Of a stretch of 64,000 nt of DNA, positions 14,463 through 26,049 are shown piece after piece. Where the stretch lies: the NCBI GenBank assembly GCA_964016885.1, contig OZ024762.1, positions 18,538,001 to 18,602,000 of the forward strand, written 5' to 3'. The first letter of the stretch is position 1. The number at the start of each line of letters is the position of its first letter. The notes under the pieces were generated by a model that saw only the letters and a program-made list of their open reading frames with translations, was not told where the DNA came from and did no database searches. Origin of the DNA: Eledone cirrhosa (Eukaryota). Both the position numbers and the translations under genes were made by a program.

Positions 14463-14750
14463 CTAAGGCGGGTAAAATTCCCGAGATCCATGGACGAGTT
14501 CTCTCCAGCGGTCTCTGTCCCTCATTATCGCTGCCATGTCCTGCGTCTCCAACAGACCAGTGTCTGTCCTTAGGGCATCAACATACGTTAACCTTGGTCT
14601 TCCTCTTCCAGTGTGTCCATGTAGGGGCTCCCAAAGGAGCACTGAGTGCAATGTCAACTCTGGATGTCGGTGAGCATGTCCAGCTAACCTCAGTCTCCTC
14701 TGTGTCACTTTTGAGCTGACTTTTGGGAGGCTCCCATACAGCTCTGAGTT
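14463..14750 (-). mobile_element. RTE-type LINE 3' end
   Basis: RRLRLAGHAHRHPELTLHSVLLWEPLHG..RGRPRLTYVDALRTDTG..RDRWRELV. Confidence 0.85.
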
Positions 14751-14847
14751 TATCTCTCTTTTATATTCAATTATATTACACGGCTCAGAGAAACCTTTTA
14801 CTTTGAGCTATTTAATTGTAAGAGACTATTTTGAGTTTCTTACTTAT

Positions 14848-14953
<106 letters not shown>

Positions 14954-15194
14954 CAAAGGGATATTTAATTTGTTGGTAATTCAACAAATATATTTATATC
15001 AGATTCGAAGCACTCAACAGCACTATCCAGACGGAACTTGAACCGTTAAGGTCTCATTCCTGGGTATGTCACTATTTATAAAACAAACTTTGTATTTCAT
15101 CTGATGAGAAAGTACCAAAGTTTTGGTACCCGTGACATATATATAATAGAATAAATATGGTTTTATAAATATAGTTTCCATTTATTAATATCAT

Positions 15195-15272
<78 letters not shown>

Positions 15273-15320
15273 TTCGGAGCTTCCGGCTTGTATCAGCCGA
15301 TAATACTTCTTGTTGTTTTA

Positions 15321-15365
15321 ATTGCCCTGATGAGTCCTTAATAGGACGAAACATTGTCGGCTAAT
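15321..15365 (+). ncRNA. Minimal type-I hammerhead ribozyme
   Basis: ttgcc-CTGATGA-gtcc(ttaata)ggac-GAAAC-att-GTC-ggctaa: full core with three stems. Confidence 0.8.
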
Positions 15366-15729
15366 AAAGACTTTTGATGTATTGAAGGCTTCTTTGTTTT
15401 ACTCTCTTAATTCTTCGGCTCTGTTTAACTACATTGAGCTATACCTTTTACTGTCATTTCTATAATACGAAGAGGGTGTTTAACTCCAGCACGCTCCAGT
15501 ATTTTAACCCTTATATATATATATATATATATACTTATTTAGGTTTGTTGGTTCACCACTGGATAGAACTGGTCAGTCCGTATGGTCAACCTCGATGTAA
15601 TATTATGGAGAGCACTCAGCGTAATGCAACTCACCCGTCTTCGTTTGTGTAGTTGGTGGTGCGAGTAGGGAGTTAAATATTATAAAATAACAGGAGGCTG
15701 GACTGGTGTAAATCCGCGAAAGGTTTATT

Positions 15730-15788
15730 ATACTATGATCATTTCAATGACCGGATTCAGTATGAATCCGGTGACATCATCAGGTAAT
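15730..15788 (-). ncRNA. Hammerhead ribozyme with long stem II
   Basis: rc: tac-CTGATGA-tgtca ccggattca tac tgaatccgg tcatt-GAAA-tgatc-ATA-gta. Confidence 0.7.
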
Positions 15789-15910
15789 TCAAAATATAAC
15801 GAAGGAATATAACAGATAAAAATCCATGGTGCTGAAAATCGGAGACAGGAGGGCGACCGGCAATTTAGCAATTTCTACGTCTGTCGGCCGCTTCTACGTC
15901 TGTCGGCCGC

Positions 15911-15975
<65 letters not shown>

Positions 15976-15989
15976 TATGTATGTATGTG

Positions 15990-16082
15990 TGTATTTGCTC
16001 AAAACATAACACGCAACCCGGTATGGGAATCGAACTCATGACGTTATTATCGTAAACCCAACACTAGCCACTGAGCCCTCGC
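15990..16082 (-). mobile_element. Second SINE family (tRNA head, CORE-like) fragment
   Basis: ttgctcaaaacataacgca..gggaatcgaactc..ccactgagcc; same family at 35720-35840 and 35995-36130. Confidence 0.65.
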
Positions 16083-16174
16083 GTTTTTTGTCGGGTAAAG
16101 GCTGTTTTGCAGCAACAACAATGAAGACATACGGGTTACACTTATTTACTTCTCCTTCGTTCTTTATTCATTAG

Positions 16175-16344
16175 CAAATGGTTATCACTATTTGAAAGAT
16201 GTTGTTAAATATACACAAACAGCCGCAGAACATCAGCTGAGAGGTGCTATTGTGCAGAAGCCTATTTATTCTTGCGATGGACCAGTTATTGATATTTCAA
16301 ATCTTAGCTGGGAAAACTTTGACCAGCTTGACGTCTATACTAAG
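16175..16344 (+). CDS. Gene A coding exon 1 (uncharacterised protein family); 5' end uncertain
   Basis: Open frame NGYHYLKDVVKYTQT..QKPIYSCDGPVIDISNLSWENFDQLDVYTK; acceptor ttattcattag at 16174, donor AAG|GTGAGT; homologous to gene B exon 2. Confidence 0.8.
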
Positions 16345-16366
16345 GTGAGTATTTAATCATGTCATT

Positions 16367-16672
16367 ACCGGCAGAATCGATAGAGCGTCGGGTAACATGC
16401 TCTACGTTATTTTTTAAGCCTCTTTAAGTTTTGAGTTTAAATATAAGTTTTGAGTCGAGGGCAGTGGCTTGCTGGAATCGTTAGATCATCGGACACACTG
16501 TTTTGCGGTATTTGTTCCCGGTCGTTAAACTCTGGGTTCAAATCCTGCGATGGTCAAATTTTCCTTTCATTTTTCCTAGGATGTTAAAATAAAGTACCAT
16601 TTAAGTACTGGAGGCGATTTAATCGATTTTCCTCTCCCATCGAAATTGCTGGCCTTGTGCCTAAATTAGAAA
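16367..16672 (+). mobile_element. Diverged SINE copies in gene A intron
   Basis: tggaatcgttag..gggttcaaatcc..aaataaagtacc..ttgctggccttgtgcc. Confidence 0.75.
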
Positions 16673-17251
16673 TAGCCCCGATGGATGGGAATTGGCAGAA
16701 TCTTTAGAGCATTGCGGTATTTTTTCTAGCACGCTGTGCAAGAGATTATATTCCCCATTGCTCCAGTTTATTCAGCTCGGAAAAATGAAGTGTATCTGAA
16801 ATTCTAAAGGTCATCCTTGTCCCACCATGTAGCACGTTGAATCTATCTAATTAAGAGACTTCCCTAAATGTGCAAAGGTCTATGGCAGCGGTCTCCAACC
16901 TTTTTTCTTCCCCCGACCTGTGACTCATTAATCTTCTCAAACAATTATGTCTAAATGTCCTCCACTAACTCCTCTAGTTATGGTGCTAGCTGGTACGCTC
17001 CCCGTGGAAACCGACGAAGGTTCATTCCATAACAGTACGGTTGACAGAATTGTTAAAATGGAATCGATAAAATGAAGTACCAGTCATATACTGAGGTTGA
17101 TTTAATCACATTTTCCCTCCCTTCCACGCTCACAAATTGCTAGCCTTGTGGTTAAATTACAAACCACTATGAATACAACACCGAATGTAACAAAACAGGT
17201 TATTTCAAATACGTTATTTCTAAATACATGCTTTTTCCACCTTTTGTACAG

Positions 17252-17431
17252 GTCAGTGTGGCCTCCGCTGAAAGAGTAGCAAACAAAACGGACGCTGAGG
17301 GTCTTGTCCAAGGTATCATTCAAAATCCGATATTGAAACCTGACTATGATATTCCCATTGAAAGGGAAGACAAATTTATTCCAGAAAAACGTGGTTGGTT
17401 TGACTTTCTAACAGGCCAAAGCGAAAGTAAT
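17252..17431 (+). CDS. Gene A coding exon 2
   Basis: ttttgtacAG|VSVASAE..IEREDKFIPEKRGWFDFLTGQSESN|GTAAGT; phase 0/0 fits both neighbours. Confidence 0.85.
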
Positions 17432-17587
17432 GTAAGTTCAAACTTCAATTATATTTTTGCCTTTGTTTTGTCGGTCGATTCTTCATATATATATATATAT
17501 GTAAACGATAAACAGAAATAACAACACAATCGGTATAGTATATGAAAGGAATATATTAGGTTAACGCTTGAAATAGCAGGAAGAGGG

Positions 17588-17623
17588 TCTTAACGTTTCA
17601 GACGCTAGTCCTTCATCAGAAGA
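17588..17623 (-). ncRNA. Minimal hammerhead ribozyme
   Basis: rc: tctt-CTGATGA-aggactagcgtct-GAAACG-TTA-aga. Confidence 0.65.
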
Positions 17624-17673
17624 AAGAATGAGAAATTAGAAAGATTGAAGGGACACAGACAGGGCGGAATCGG

Positions 17674-17719
<46 letters not shown>

Positions 17720-17969
17720 GGTAACAAGTTATCGTTATAGGTAATCCAATTAGAGGTTGTGAGTACTCTGCGTCGTGGATAGTTTTAACGTACGGCTTTG
17801 TTTAACTCAACAAGATGTTTCCATAGTTAGGCAGCGAGTTCGCGGTAATTCCAATTCAGGTTATATTTAGAGTAATAATAGTGAAAGGATGAAGAGTAAC
17901 ATGGTTGGCTGTACAATAAGGGGTTTTATTTCAGGTATTGACAATTGTTTCATTGATCATGTGTTCTGG

Positions 17970-18450
17970 AGGCAGATGACATCAAGAACAAAAAAAATGA
18001 AGGAATTGATAAGATCTGAGTACATAAAGAGAGTAAGGAGCGTATTAACATCACATCTAAATAGTAGGAATGTCATAAGTGCAGTAAATTCCCGAGCTGT
18101 GTCTATTATTAGGTACAGTGCGGGAATACTGAAATGGAATGTTTGCTGAACAAAAAGAAATGGATAGGAAGACTAGGAAGCTATTGACTATCTACAACAT
18201 GTTCCACAAGAGGAGTGATGTCGATAGACTCTACTTAAAGAGATCTGAAGGTGGAAGAGGTCTTATCAGCATAGAGGACTGTGTTCAGATGGAGAAAAAC
18301 AACCTGCACAAATATGTGACTGACAGTAGGGAGCCAATGCTCAAAATTGTACTGAAGGAGAAGACAATAGACCAGGGGATGTCCAAGGAGGAAATAACAA
18401 GGAGGAAGAGCAACCTTCATGAAAAATCCCTTCATAGCACCTTCTTTAAG
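17970..18450 (+). mobile_element. R4/Dong-like RT C-terminal fragment
   Basis: YIKRVRSVLTSHLNSRNVISAVNS..IRYSAG..MDRKTRKLLT..SDVDRLYLKRSEGGRGLISIED. Confidence 0.85.
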
Positions 18451-19210
18451 AAAGTGCTGCTGAAAAGCCTCACACATCTGCTCGGGTTCGAGTAACATGC
18501 GCCTGTTTTGGTCAGGAAAAGACCGAATTGTGGATTTGTTGTCACGTCGCGCCTCCACCACCCGGGCCCATTGGACCGCTTTTGTCCCCTCGTGAGGCAG
18601 AGCACGCGCTCTAGCTCTGACAACGCAGCCTTCGTGCTTTGCGTTGAAGAATTCCAAGATAATCCCAAGCCACGTACATTTACACTGCATATTCTAAGTA
18701 AGGCCGTGTTGGGTGAGGAACGGGGTTAGTGAGAAAGGATCACCTACCTTGATTGTGTGGGTAAGGGACAGTCGAACCGCCCGTTCGGCTGGTCTGCGTG
18801 TCACCAAGATAATATCTGTGTACATTCTCTTGGTAAACGACCCTCTGAAGTCCCAACTGCACTGGGGAATTTTTGTTTCAACTGTTTATATTGTTCCAGT
18901 TCGATCTCAAAGATTTTAATGTTTTTCGGCAATGTTCTTGGTGTTGGTGAGGTGTAGTAATTGTTGTCTATTATGTTTGTGTGCTGCTTTATATGTTCCA
19001 TAAGTTCTTTATTGTCAATGCTTTTGGCTGTGTAATTTTTTTGGGGGAGGGGTTTGATTTTGTTGCTGTTTTCTTGTTTCTGCTGTTGGGTATATGCGCC
19101 TTGTTGTGTTTGCGATGTTGGTGTTTGTGGTGCTACTTGTAGTGGTGTGATTGTTGTTGCTAGTGCTACTTGTAGTGGTGGTGGTGATGGTGGAAGTGTT
19201 GCTGCAAGTC
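18440..19210 (-). mobile_element. L1/Tx1-like fragments
   Basis: EGCVVRARARAL..E..(Tx1 linker-like) plus ORF1-like debris. Confidence 0.55.
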
Positions 19211-19263
19211 GCCTTATCATAAATATATAAATAAACAACAACATTAAATTCTCTATATTTCAG

Positions 19264-19851
19264 CATCTAGATGATATTAAACAGTGGTATAGAAAGGTCG
19301 TGCAGAAAAATGTTTATTTGAAGAAGTTCGGTCCTAAATTTATTAATACAGTTTCAAAGTTGAGTTTAAGTGTTTTGAAGGATTTAAAGAATACCTGTGA
19401 AAATGTGGTTAAAGGATCAGAGGATGAAGTCCTTATGGATCTCAAGATTTTGGAGTTGCTCTCACCAGATCAGCGACACGTTCATGTACATATGTATAAG
19501 TTGAAGGCATGGGCTGACTGTGAGTCGTCAGACAATGTGGGAGGTTTACTTTACATTTACACCAAATATTCGTTCACAGCAAGGAAAAAGGTGGTAGATA
19601 AAATAAATCCGGCTGTTATAGAGAAAGCTGTAACGAAACTACAAACATTTCTGAAAGAGGCTTTCGGAGAAAGACCTAACCCTGAAACTACAACTAAAGC
19701 TACACCTACAACACCACTACCACCCCCACCTCCATCAAAACCAACGACTACAACTACAACAAAAAAACCAGCCACTACTGCTGCTCCCGAGAAAAAGAGT
19801 ACGGCTAAACCTAAAACTCCAACAAGTACCAAACCATCAACTGATTGTTAA
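19264..19851 (+). CDS. Gene A terminal exon 3a (195 aa; conserved domain plus Thr/Pro/Lys-rich tail)
   Basis: ctctatatttcAG|HLDDIKQWY..HVHVHMYKLKAWADC..GGL..FTARKKVVD..TDC*; AATAAA at ~19889. Confidence 0.88.
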   Translation, partial: HLDDIKQWYRKVVQKNVYLKKFGPKFINTVSKLSLSVLKDLKNTCENVVKGSEDEVLMDLKILELLSPDQRHVHVHMYKLKAWADCESSDNVGGLLYIYTKYSFTARKKVVDKINPAVIEKAVTKLQTFLKEAFGERPNPETTTKATPTTPLPPPPPSKPTTTTTTKKPATTAAPEKKSTAKPKTPTSTKPSTDC

Positions 19852-19961
19852 GGTCGGATATTCGTGAAGTTGCTTCAAGTTTATACGAAATAAAAAAAAT
19901 AAAATACATCAACTCCAACCTACTATAGCGAGTTTGTTTTTATGGAGAGTGTATATATATG

Positions 19962-20018
<57 letters not shown>

Positions 20019-20028
20019 GTATATATGT

Positions 20029-20096
<68 letters not shown>

Positions 20097-20158
20097 GTGT
20101 GTGTGTATATGTATATATATCTATATATAAGTATGTATATAGATATATATGCTACATT

Positions 20159-20201
<43 letters not shown>

Positions 20202-20819
20202 TATATTGCATATTTCATTCATTTGTTATCCCGAAAAGAAATAGCGAAAATGGTAAATAGTGTCTTCAAATTTTTGTTAGTTCTGCCTTTCTGATCATTA
20301 AGTAAGTGACAGGCGGAGAAAATATCGATTTGATTATTATTACACAATTTCTGAAGAAAATGCCAGAGATCCGGTGACGTAACACATCACGTGACACACC
20401 ACCGTCATTTTTTTGGAGTCAACAGCTCCACATCACAATCTTTCGTCTTATAACTATGTGCTTAGGCCCGAAAAAGATGTGGGTTGTTTTCTCTTCACAG
20501 CATACCAACATTTCACTATGTTCTTCGCCAACCTCACTGATTATCTAAGACAACGGTTCCCAACCTTTTTGCGACGTACAAGAAAATTTCTCCCACCGAC
20601 CTGTGACTCATTAATCCTCTCTAACGATTATACCTAAATGCCCTCCACCAATTCATCTAGTCATGGTACTAGCCGAAAGAGGAACCAATGCTACCTTTAT
20701 TAACTACAGCCTCTCCTAAAACTTCACGGCAAACATCCTTAGCGGTAGGCAGGATCAACACTTCACCAGTGAAGGACTTCTTAGGAGCCCGCTATCAAAT
20801 GCTCTATCGACCGGTAGTC

Positions 20820-21070
20820 GGGAGCGTTCTCTTGCGTGTGAGAGCGTTCTCTTGCGTGTGGGAACGTTCTCTTGCGTGTGGGAGCGTTCTCTTCATCGTG
20901 AGAGCGTTCTCTTGCATGTGAGAGCGATCTCTTGTGTGTGGGGGCGTTCTGTTGCGTGTGGGAGCGTTTTCTTGCGCGTGGGAGCGTTCTCTTGCACGTG
21001 AGAGCGTTCTCTTGCACGTGAGAGCGTTCTTTTGTGTGTGAGAGCGTTCTCTTACGTGTGGGAGCGTTCA
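20820..21070. repeat. 20-bp minisatellite (GAGCGTTCTCTTGCGTGTGR), ~12 copies
   Basis: Directly visible tandem units. Confidence 0.92.
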
Positions 21071-21712
21071 CTTGAGTGATGGCGCGCGCCCATGTGCAGG
21101 CTGACTCGTTGTCACAGCGGAAAGAATGGAGAAAACGTTGCCCTGGAGAATGGTTTTTGTTGTTTGTTGTTGTGGTGGTTTAACCCCAGGCCGGCCGCGT
21201 TAGAGTAGCTCTTTGATCAAAAACGTTTAGATCTGACAATCTCGTCTTTTCCTTTTTGTTTTTCAGATGTTGAATCTATTTTGTTTTTATGAAGGTTGGG
21301 TGTGATTTGCAAACTATTTAGCTATCAACTCTAGCAGGTCGAGCGACTACAGCGAGCACCCGGTCACCCCCAACGTATATTTAAGGAAGAGTGACATAGT
21401 ACCAATGTCCAAGGAAAACGAGCATGGGTGATGAGTGGTGGTGGGGCTGAGGGGCAGAATTCCAGAAGGATGACGTAATAGTTGTAGAATAAGTAAAAAG
21501 AAAGAATGAGTGGACACAGCGTGTATTTCAGCCAGATCTTTGGAGCGTGTTGAGGAGTAGATCAGTGCCAAACAGTCTGATCCCCTTTATTATTTTATTT
21601 TGTTCTATTATCTTTTTAATGTGTTCTAGAATATTTGTATGCGTATTTAAACATCTCTTTAACATGCTGCACCAAACATTGTTCACTCTCGAATGACAAC
21701 AACAACAACAGC

Positions 21713-21763
<51 letters not shown>

Positions 21764-22098
21764 TGTTTCTGATTTAGGCACAAGGTCAACAAATTTTGGG
21801 GAAGGGAAGTCGATCAAATTGACCTCAGTGTGCTACTGGTACTTTATTTTATCGATCCCATAAGGGTGAAAAGCAAAGTTGACTTCAGTATGATTCTATG
21901 TCCAAACCCCGCAATAGTCAACTATTGATTCTCGTCCTTCTGGTATCGATGAAAGTACTGGGGGGTCTATATTAATCGACATATCGATTTCCCCTTCTCC
22001 CAAAATTGTTGGCTTTGTGCCAAAATAGAAACCAATAACAAATAAATAAATAAATAAATAAATAAATAAACAACAACATTAAATTCTCTATATTTCAG

Positions 22099-22528
22099 CA
22101 TCTAGGAGACATTAGAGTGTGGTATAAAAAGATCATCGAGAAAAATGGTTATTTGAAGAAATTCGGTCCTAGATTTTTGAGAACAATTTCAGCGGTGAGT
22201 TTAAACCGTTTGAAGTATTTAAAGAAGAGCTGTAAAAAGCAGGTCAAAGACTTACAGGAATTATCACTGATGGATCTTTCGATTTTGGAGATGCTGGCCA
22301 GCGATCACGAACACATGCATATACATATTTACAAGATAAAAATTTGGGTTGACTGCAAATCCACAGATGTTATGGGTGGTATATCATACGATTACACCAG
22401 GCATTCATTCACAGCAAGGACAGATTTAGTAGATCATATGAAAAAGCCTTCTAAAGACAAAGCTGTGAAAATACTGAGATGTTTTCTGAAAAACGCTATA
22501 GGAAAAGATCCAAATAAAACAAAATCAC

Positions 22529-22577
<49 letters not shown>

Positions 22578-22716
22578 AACAGCAACTAGGGCTACAACTT
22601 CTACAGCCAGAACAACTAAAACTACAACACAAAAACCAACCAAAAATGTTCTTTCCAGAAATATCATGGCTTATTTTGAACCGATGCTTCTTAACCATAT
22701 AATCGAAGATTGTTAA
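22099..22716 (+). CDS. Gene A duplicated terminal exon 3b (205 aa)
   Basis: Identical acceptor context, intact ORF HLGDIRVWY..HMHIHIYKIKIWVDC..FTART..poly-T tail..EDC*, own AATAAA at ~22760. Confidence 0.85.
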
Positions 22717-23161
22717 AGCCGGGGCGTTTATGAAGTTGCTTCAAATATATACTAAACCAGAATAAAATACATCAACTCCAACATATAGTGTGTTTGTTTT
22801 TATGGACAATTTTGTACAGTCTTCTTAATAGTTATTTCCTTTTACAGTAAAGTAGGAAACGTCATCAGCATATTTCTTCCATTTATCCCTGTTCAATGTC
22901 ATTGCATTAACTTCTGTTCTTGATTGACGTTCAAAACATCTTTGGATCTGATCTCTCTTTCTACCATAGGGCTGCTTCGGCATATATATTTACATACACG
23001 TTCGATATGTCTCATATGAAATAATACAGCCAATTTTCCACGCAATACATTTAGTTAGCACCCCGAACGCTTAATTAGGAATATAATCACTTATTTCCTA
23101 ATGTTTGTTGAGTGAGTTGGAATTTGGCCGGAGTATCGCTAAAAAGCTTTCTCCGATATTG

Positions 23162-23200
<39 letters not shown>

Positions 23201-23289
23201 AAAAATTCTGTTTAAATTGTTGGGATACAACAAGCAAATATTTTTATAACTGATATAAAGCACTCAACAAATAATTGGAGTAAAAATAC

Positions 23290-23650
23290 GATATTAACAA
23301 ATGGAAACTATATTTATAAAACCATATTTATTTCATTATACATATTTCAAGGACACCAAGTTAAATTATGGTGTGCTTTCATCAGATAAAATATAATATA
23401 GAGCAGTTTTATAAATAAATATTGACATACCCTTAAAGAATGCAACCATTACTGTTGGAAGACTATCCGGGAGCTTCCAACAGTAATGGTTGCATTCTTT
23501 AAGGGTATGTCAATATTTATTTATAAAACTGCTCTATATTATATTTTATCTGATGAAAGCACACCATAATTTAACTTGGTGTCCTTGAAATATTTATAAT
23601 GAAATAAATATGGTTTTATAAATATAGTTTCCATTTGTTAATATCGTATA
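23290..23650. repeat. ~170-bp-arm palindrome carrying hammerhead-like motifs
   Basis: Apex ~23470; CTGATGA..GAAA at 23546-23600 and its mirror copy. Confidence 0.85.
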
Positions 23651-23736
23651 TATATGATCGTCGGCAAATCACTGATGAGGGACTTATTTTATTACATGTT
23701 ATCCATGTGCAACCAGCAGTATTCTTCTCCCCATTT

Positions 23737-23794
<58 letters not shown>

Positions 23795-23795
<1 letters not shown>

Positions 23796-24055
23796 AGTAG
23801 AAGTGGTTACACAACAGTTAGTTCACCAAACCGAGAACAATTGTTTCACCTTAGCGGATCCTCAGCTCGTAATGGACATGGTTATAACCATGTATAACCA
23901 TATATAACCATGTCCATTACGAGCTGAGGATCCGCTAAGGTGAAACAATTGTTCTCGGTTTGGTGAACTAACTGTTGTGTAACCACTTCTACCTAACTCG
24001 TCCCACGGACTGAGTGCTCTACCACTACGGATATTACCTGCCAGTGTTCTACCAC

Positions 24056-24057
<2 letters not shown>
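23795..24057. mobile_element. Penelope pLTR-like fold-back with minimal hammerheads (23920-23957 +, 23832-23869 -)
   Basis: cgag-CTGAGGA-tccgctaaggt-GAAAC-aatt-GTT-ctcg; homologous to 30770-30915, which adjoins a Penelope endonuclease-type ORF end. Confidence 0.8.
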
Positions 24058-24137
<80 letters not shown>

Positions 24138-24304
24138 CACATACATATAATAATTGTTTCTACTTTTGGCACAAGGCCAGCAATTATGCCAGGGTATTAC
24201 TGGTACTTTATTTTATCGACCCCATAAGGATGAAAGACAAAGTTAACCTCGGCGGGATTTGAACTCAGACAATAAAGGGCCGTAACTCTTTGCTATAAAG
24301 CATA

Positions 24305-24608
24305 TATAGATGAGGTGGGAAGAGGGAGGAGGGAGGAAGCGACAAGGTGTTGGATGGTGGAGGAAACTTGTTGTTGGTAGAGGGGTGTGGGGTCGGAGGG
24401 TAGAAGGCGGTAGAGGAGGGGGTTGCGGAGCTGCCTGAGGGCTTCGGCCGTGTAGAGGTCAGCAACCCACACCACCACGGCGCCTCCCTTGTCCACTGGT
24501 TTGATGACGATGTCATCTCGGCTACGGAGGGAACGGAGAGCGAGGAGTTCGCTCCGTGAGATGTTAAGCCGTTTGGAACGGTGGCGGAAGTCGAAGCGAT
24601 TTACTGCG

Positions 24609-24610
<2 letters not shown>
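24305..24610 (-). mobile_element. Penelope-like RT N-terminal fragment
   Basis: NISRSELLALRSLRSRDDIVIKPVDKGGAVVVW (DKG motif). Confidence 0.85.
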
Positions 24611-24642
<32 letters not shown>

Positions 24643-25602
24643 AAGATGAAATAAAGATGGTTATAAGAGTTCCATATATTTTATTATACATACTTCGAAT
24701 ACAAAATCATCGTGCGACAGATGTGTTCTCTTCAGATAAAAAATAAGGTACAATGATATGAGGCATAATAGCATTTGTTTATAGGAAAGTGCTAAGTCTA
24801 CATATGACAGAAATATATGTCTTAATACTATAGTAAGAAATAGATAGGAAAATAGAAGAAAAGGAAAGAAGAGAAAAACGGAAAAAGAAAGAGAAGAAAG
24901 AAATAAGAAGGAAGAAGAGAGAGAGAGAGAAAGACTTTTGATCAGGAACGCTGTCAAATTGAAAACAGCTGTAAATAACGGTTAAAAAATAAATTGATGA
25001 GGTGTATCTGCGAATATTATAGAAGGTATTCAAATATTAGAGGTCTAAATATAGAAACTAGGTATATTATATTGGGTTTAAATACTAAAAATTGGTTTAA
25101 GAAGTGTTAAAATGTATTAATAAAATAAATATAAAAAGATTTTTATAAAATAAAATAAAAATAGTCTATCTATGTCAAAGTTAATAATTTCTAGTAAAAA
25201 TATATATGTGGGGTATACTATTTAAGTTTTATTTTATATCATCAAGCAAATAAAGGAAATTGCTAGAAGGATTTATAAACGTAGAAAAAACGTAGAGAAA
25301 ATCTATTATAAGATTACGTCATGTTTTGTTTACAAAATCTAAGAAGGTTTGAGCGAACATCTAAGGCTATAGAAAAGAAGATCAAAGGCTTAATATATAA
25401 TGAGAAAACCAAAATAATACATTGTAGAATATACTGAAAGATGTGTAAAGATAATAGTGACTCGTGGAATATGTTATAGGACATCAGCTATATACTTTGT
25501 GAAAGGTCTTGTAGGATTTATGATTACAAAGTCCAAATAAATCGGTTCTTCTATTTATTATTGTGTTGAAATTCGAGATAATGGGAAATTTTTCAACTAG
25601 AC

Positions 25603-25636
<34 letters not shown>

Positions 25637-25640
<4 letters not shown>

Positions 25641-26045
25641 GTTTCTACTTTTGGCACAAGGCCAGAAATTACCCAGTGTATTACTGGTACTTTATTTTAT
25701 CCACCCCCGTAACGATGAAAGGCAAAGTTAACCTCGGCGGGATTTGAACTCAGAATGGCAAGGGCAGTAACTCTATGCGTCAAAGCATGGCGTCCGACCC
25801 TCTACCGATACTGCCAATCTACCAATAATAGTAATACATATATACATATATAATAATTGTTTCTACTTTTGGCACAAGGCCACCAATTATCCCAGTACAT
25901 TACTGGTACTTTATTTTATCGACCCCGTATGGATGAAAGGCAAAGTTAACCTCGGCGGGATTTGAACTGAGATCGTAAAGGGACGTAACTATGCTGGAAA
26001 GCATGGCGTCCGACCCTCTACCAATACTGCCAATTCACCGCCCTT
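25637..26045 (-). mobile_element. Two tandem SINE copies
   Basis: Family consensus repeated twice. Confidence 0.9.
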
Positions 26046-26049
26046 ATAA

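Noticed and set aside
20781-21071. 96-aa repetitive protein
   Set aside because: Translation of a 20-bp minisatellite
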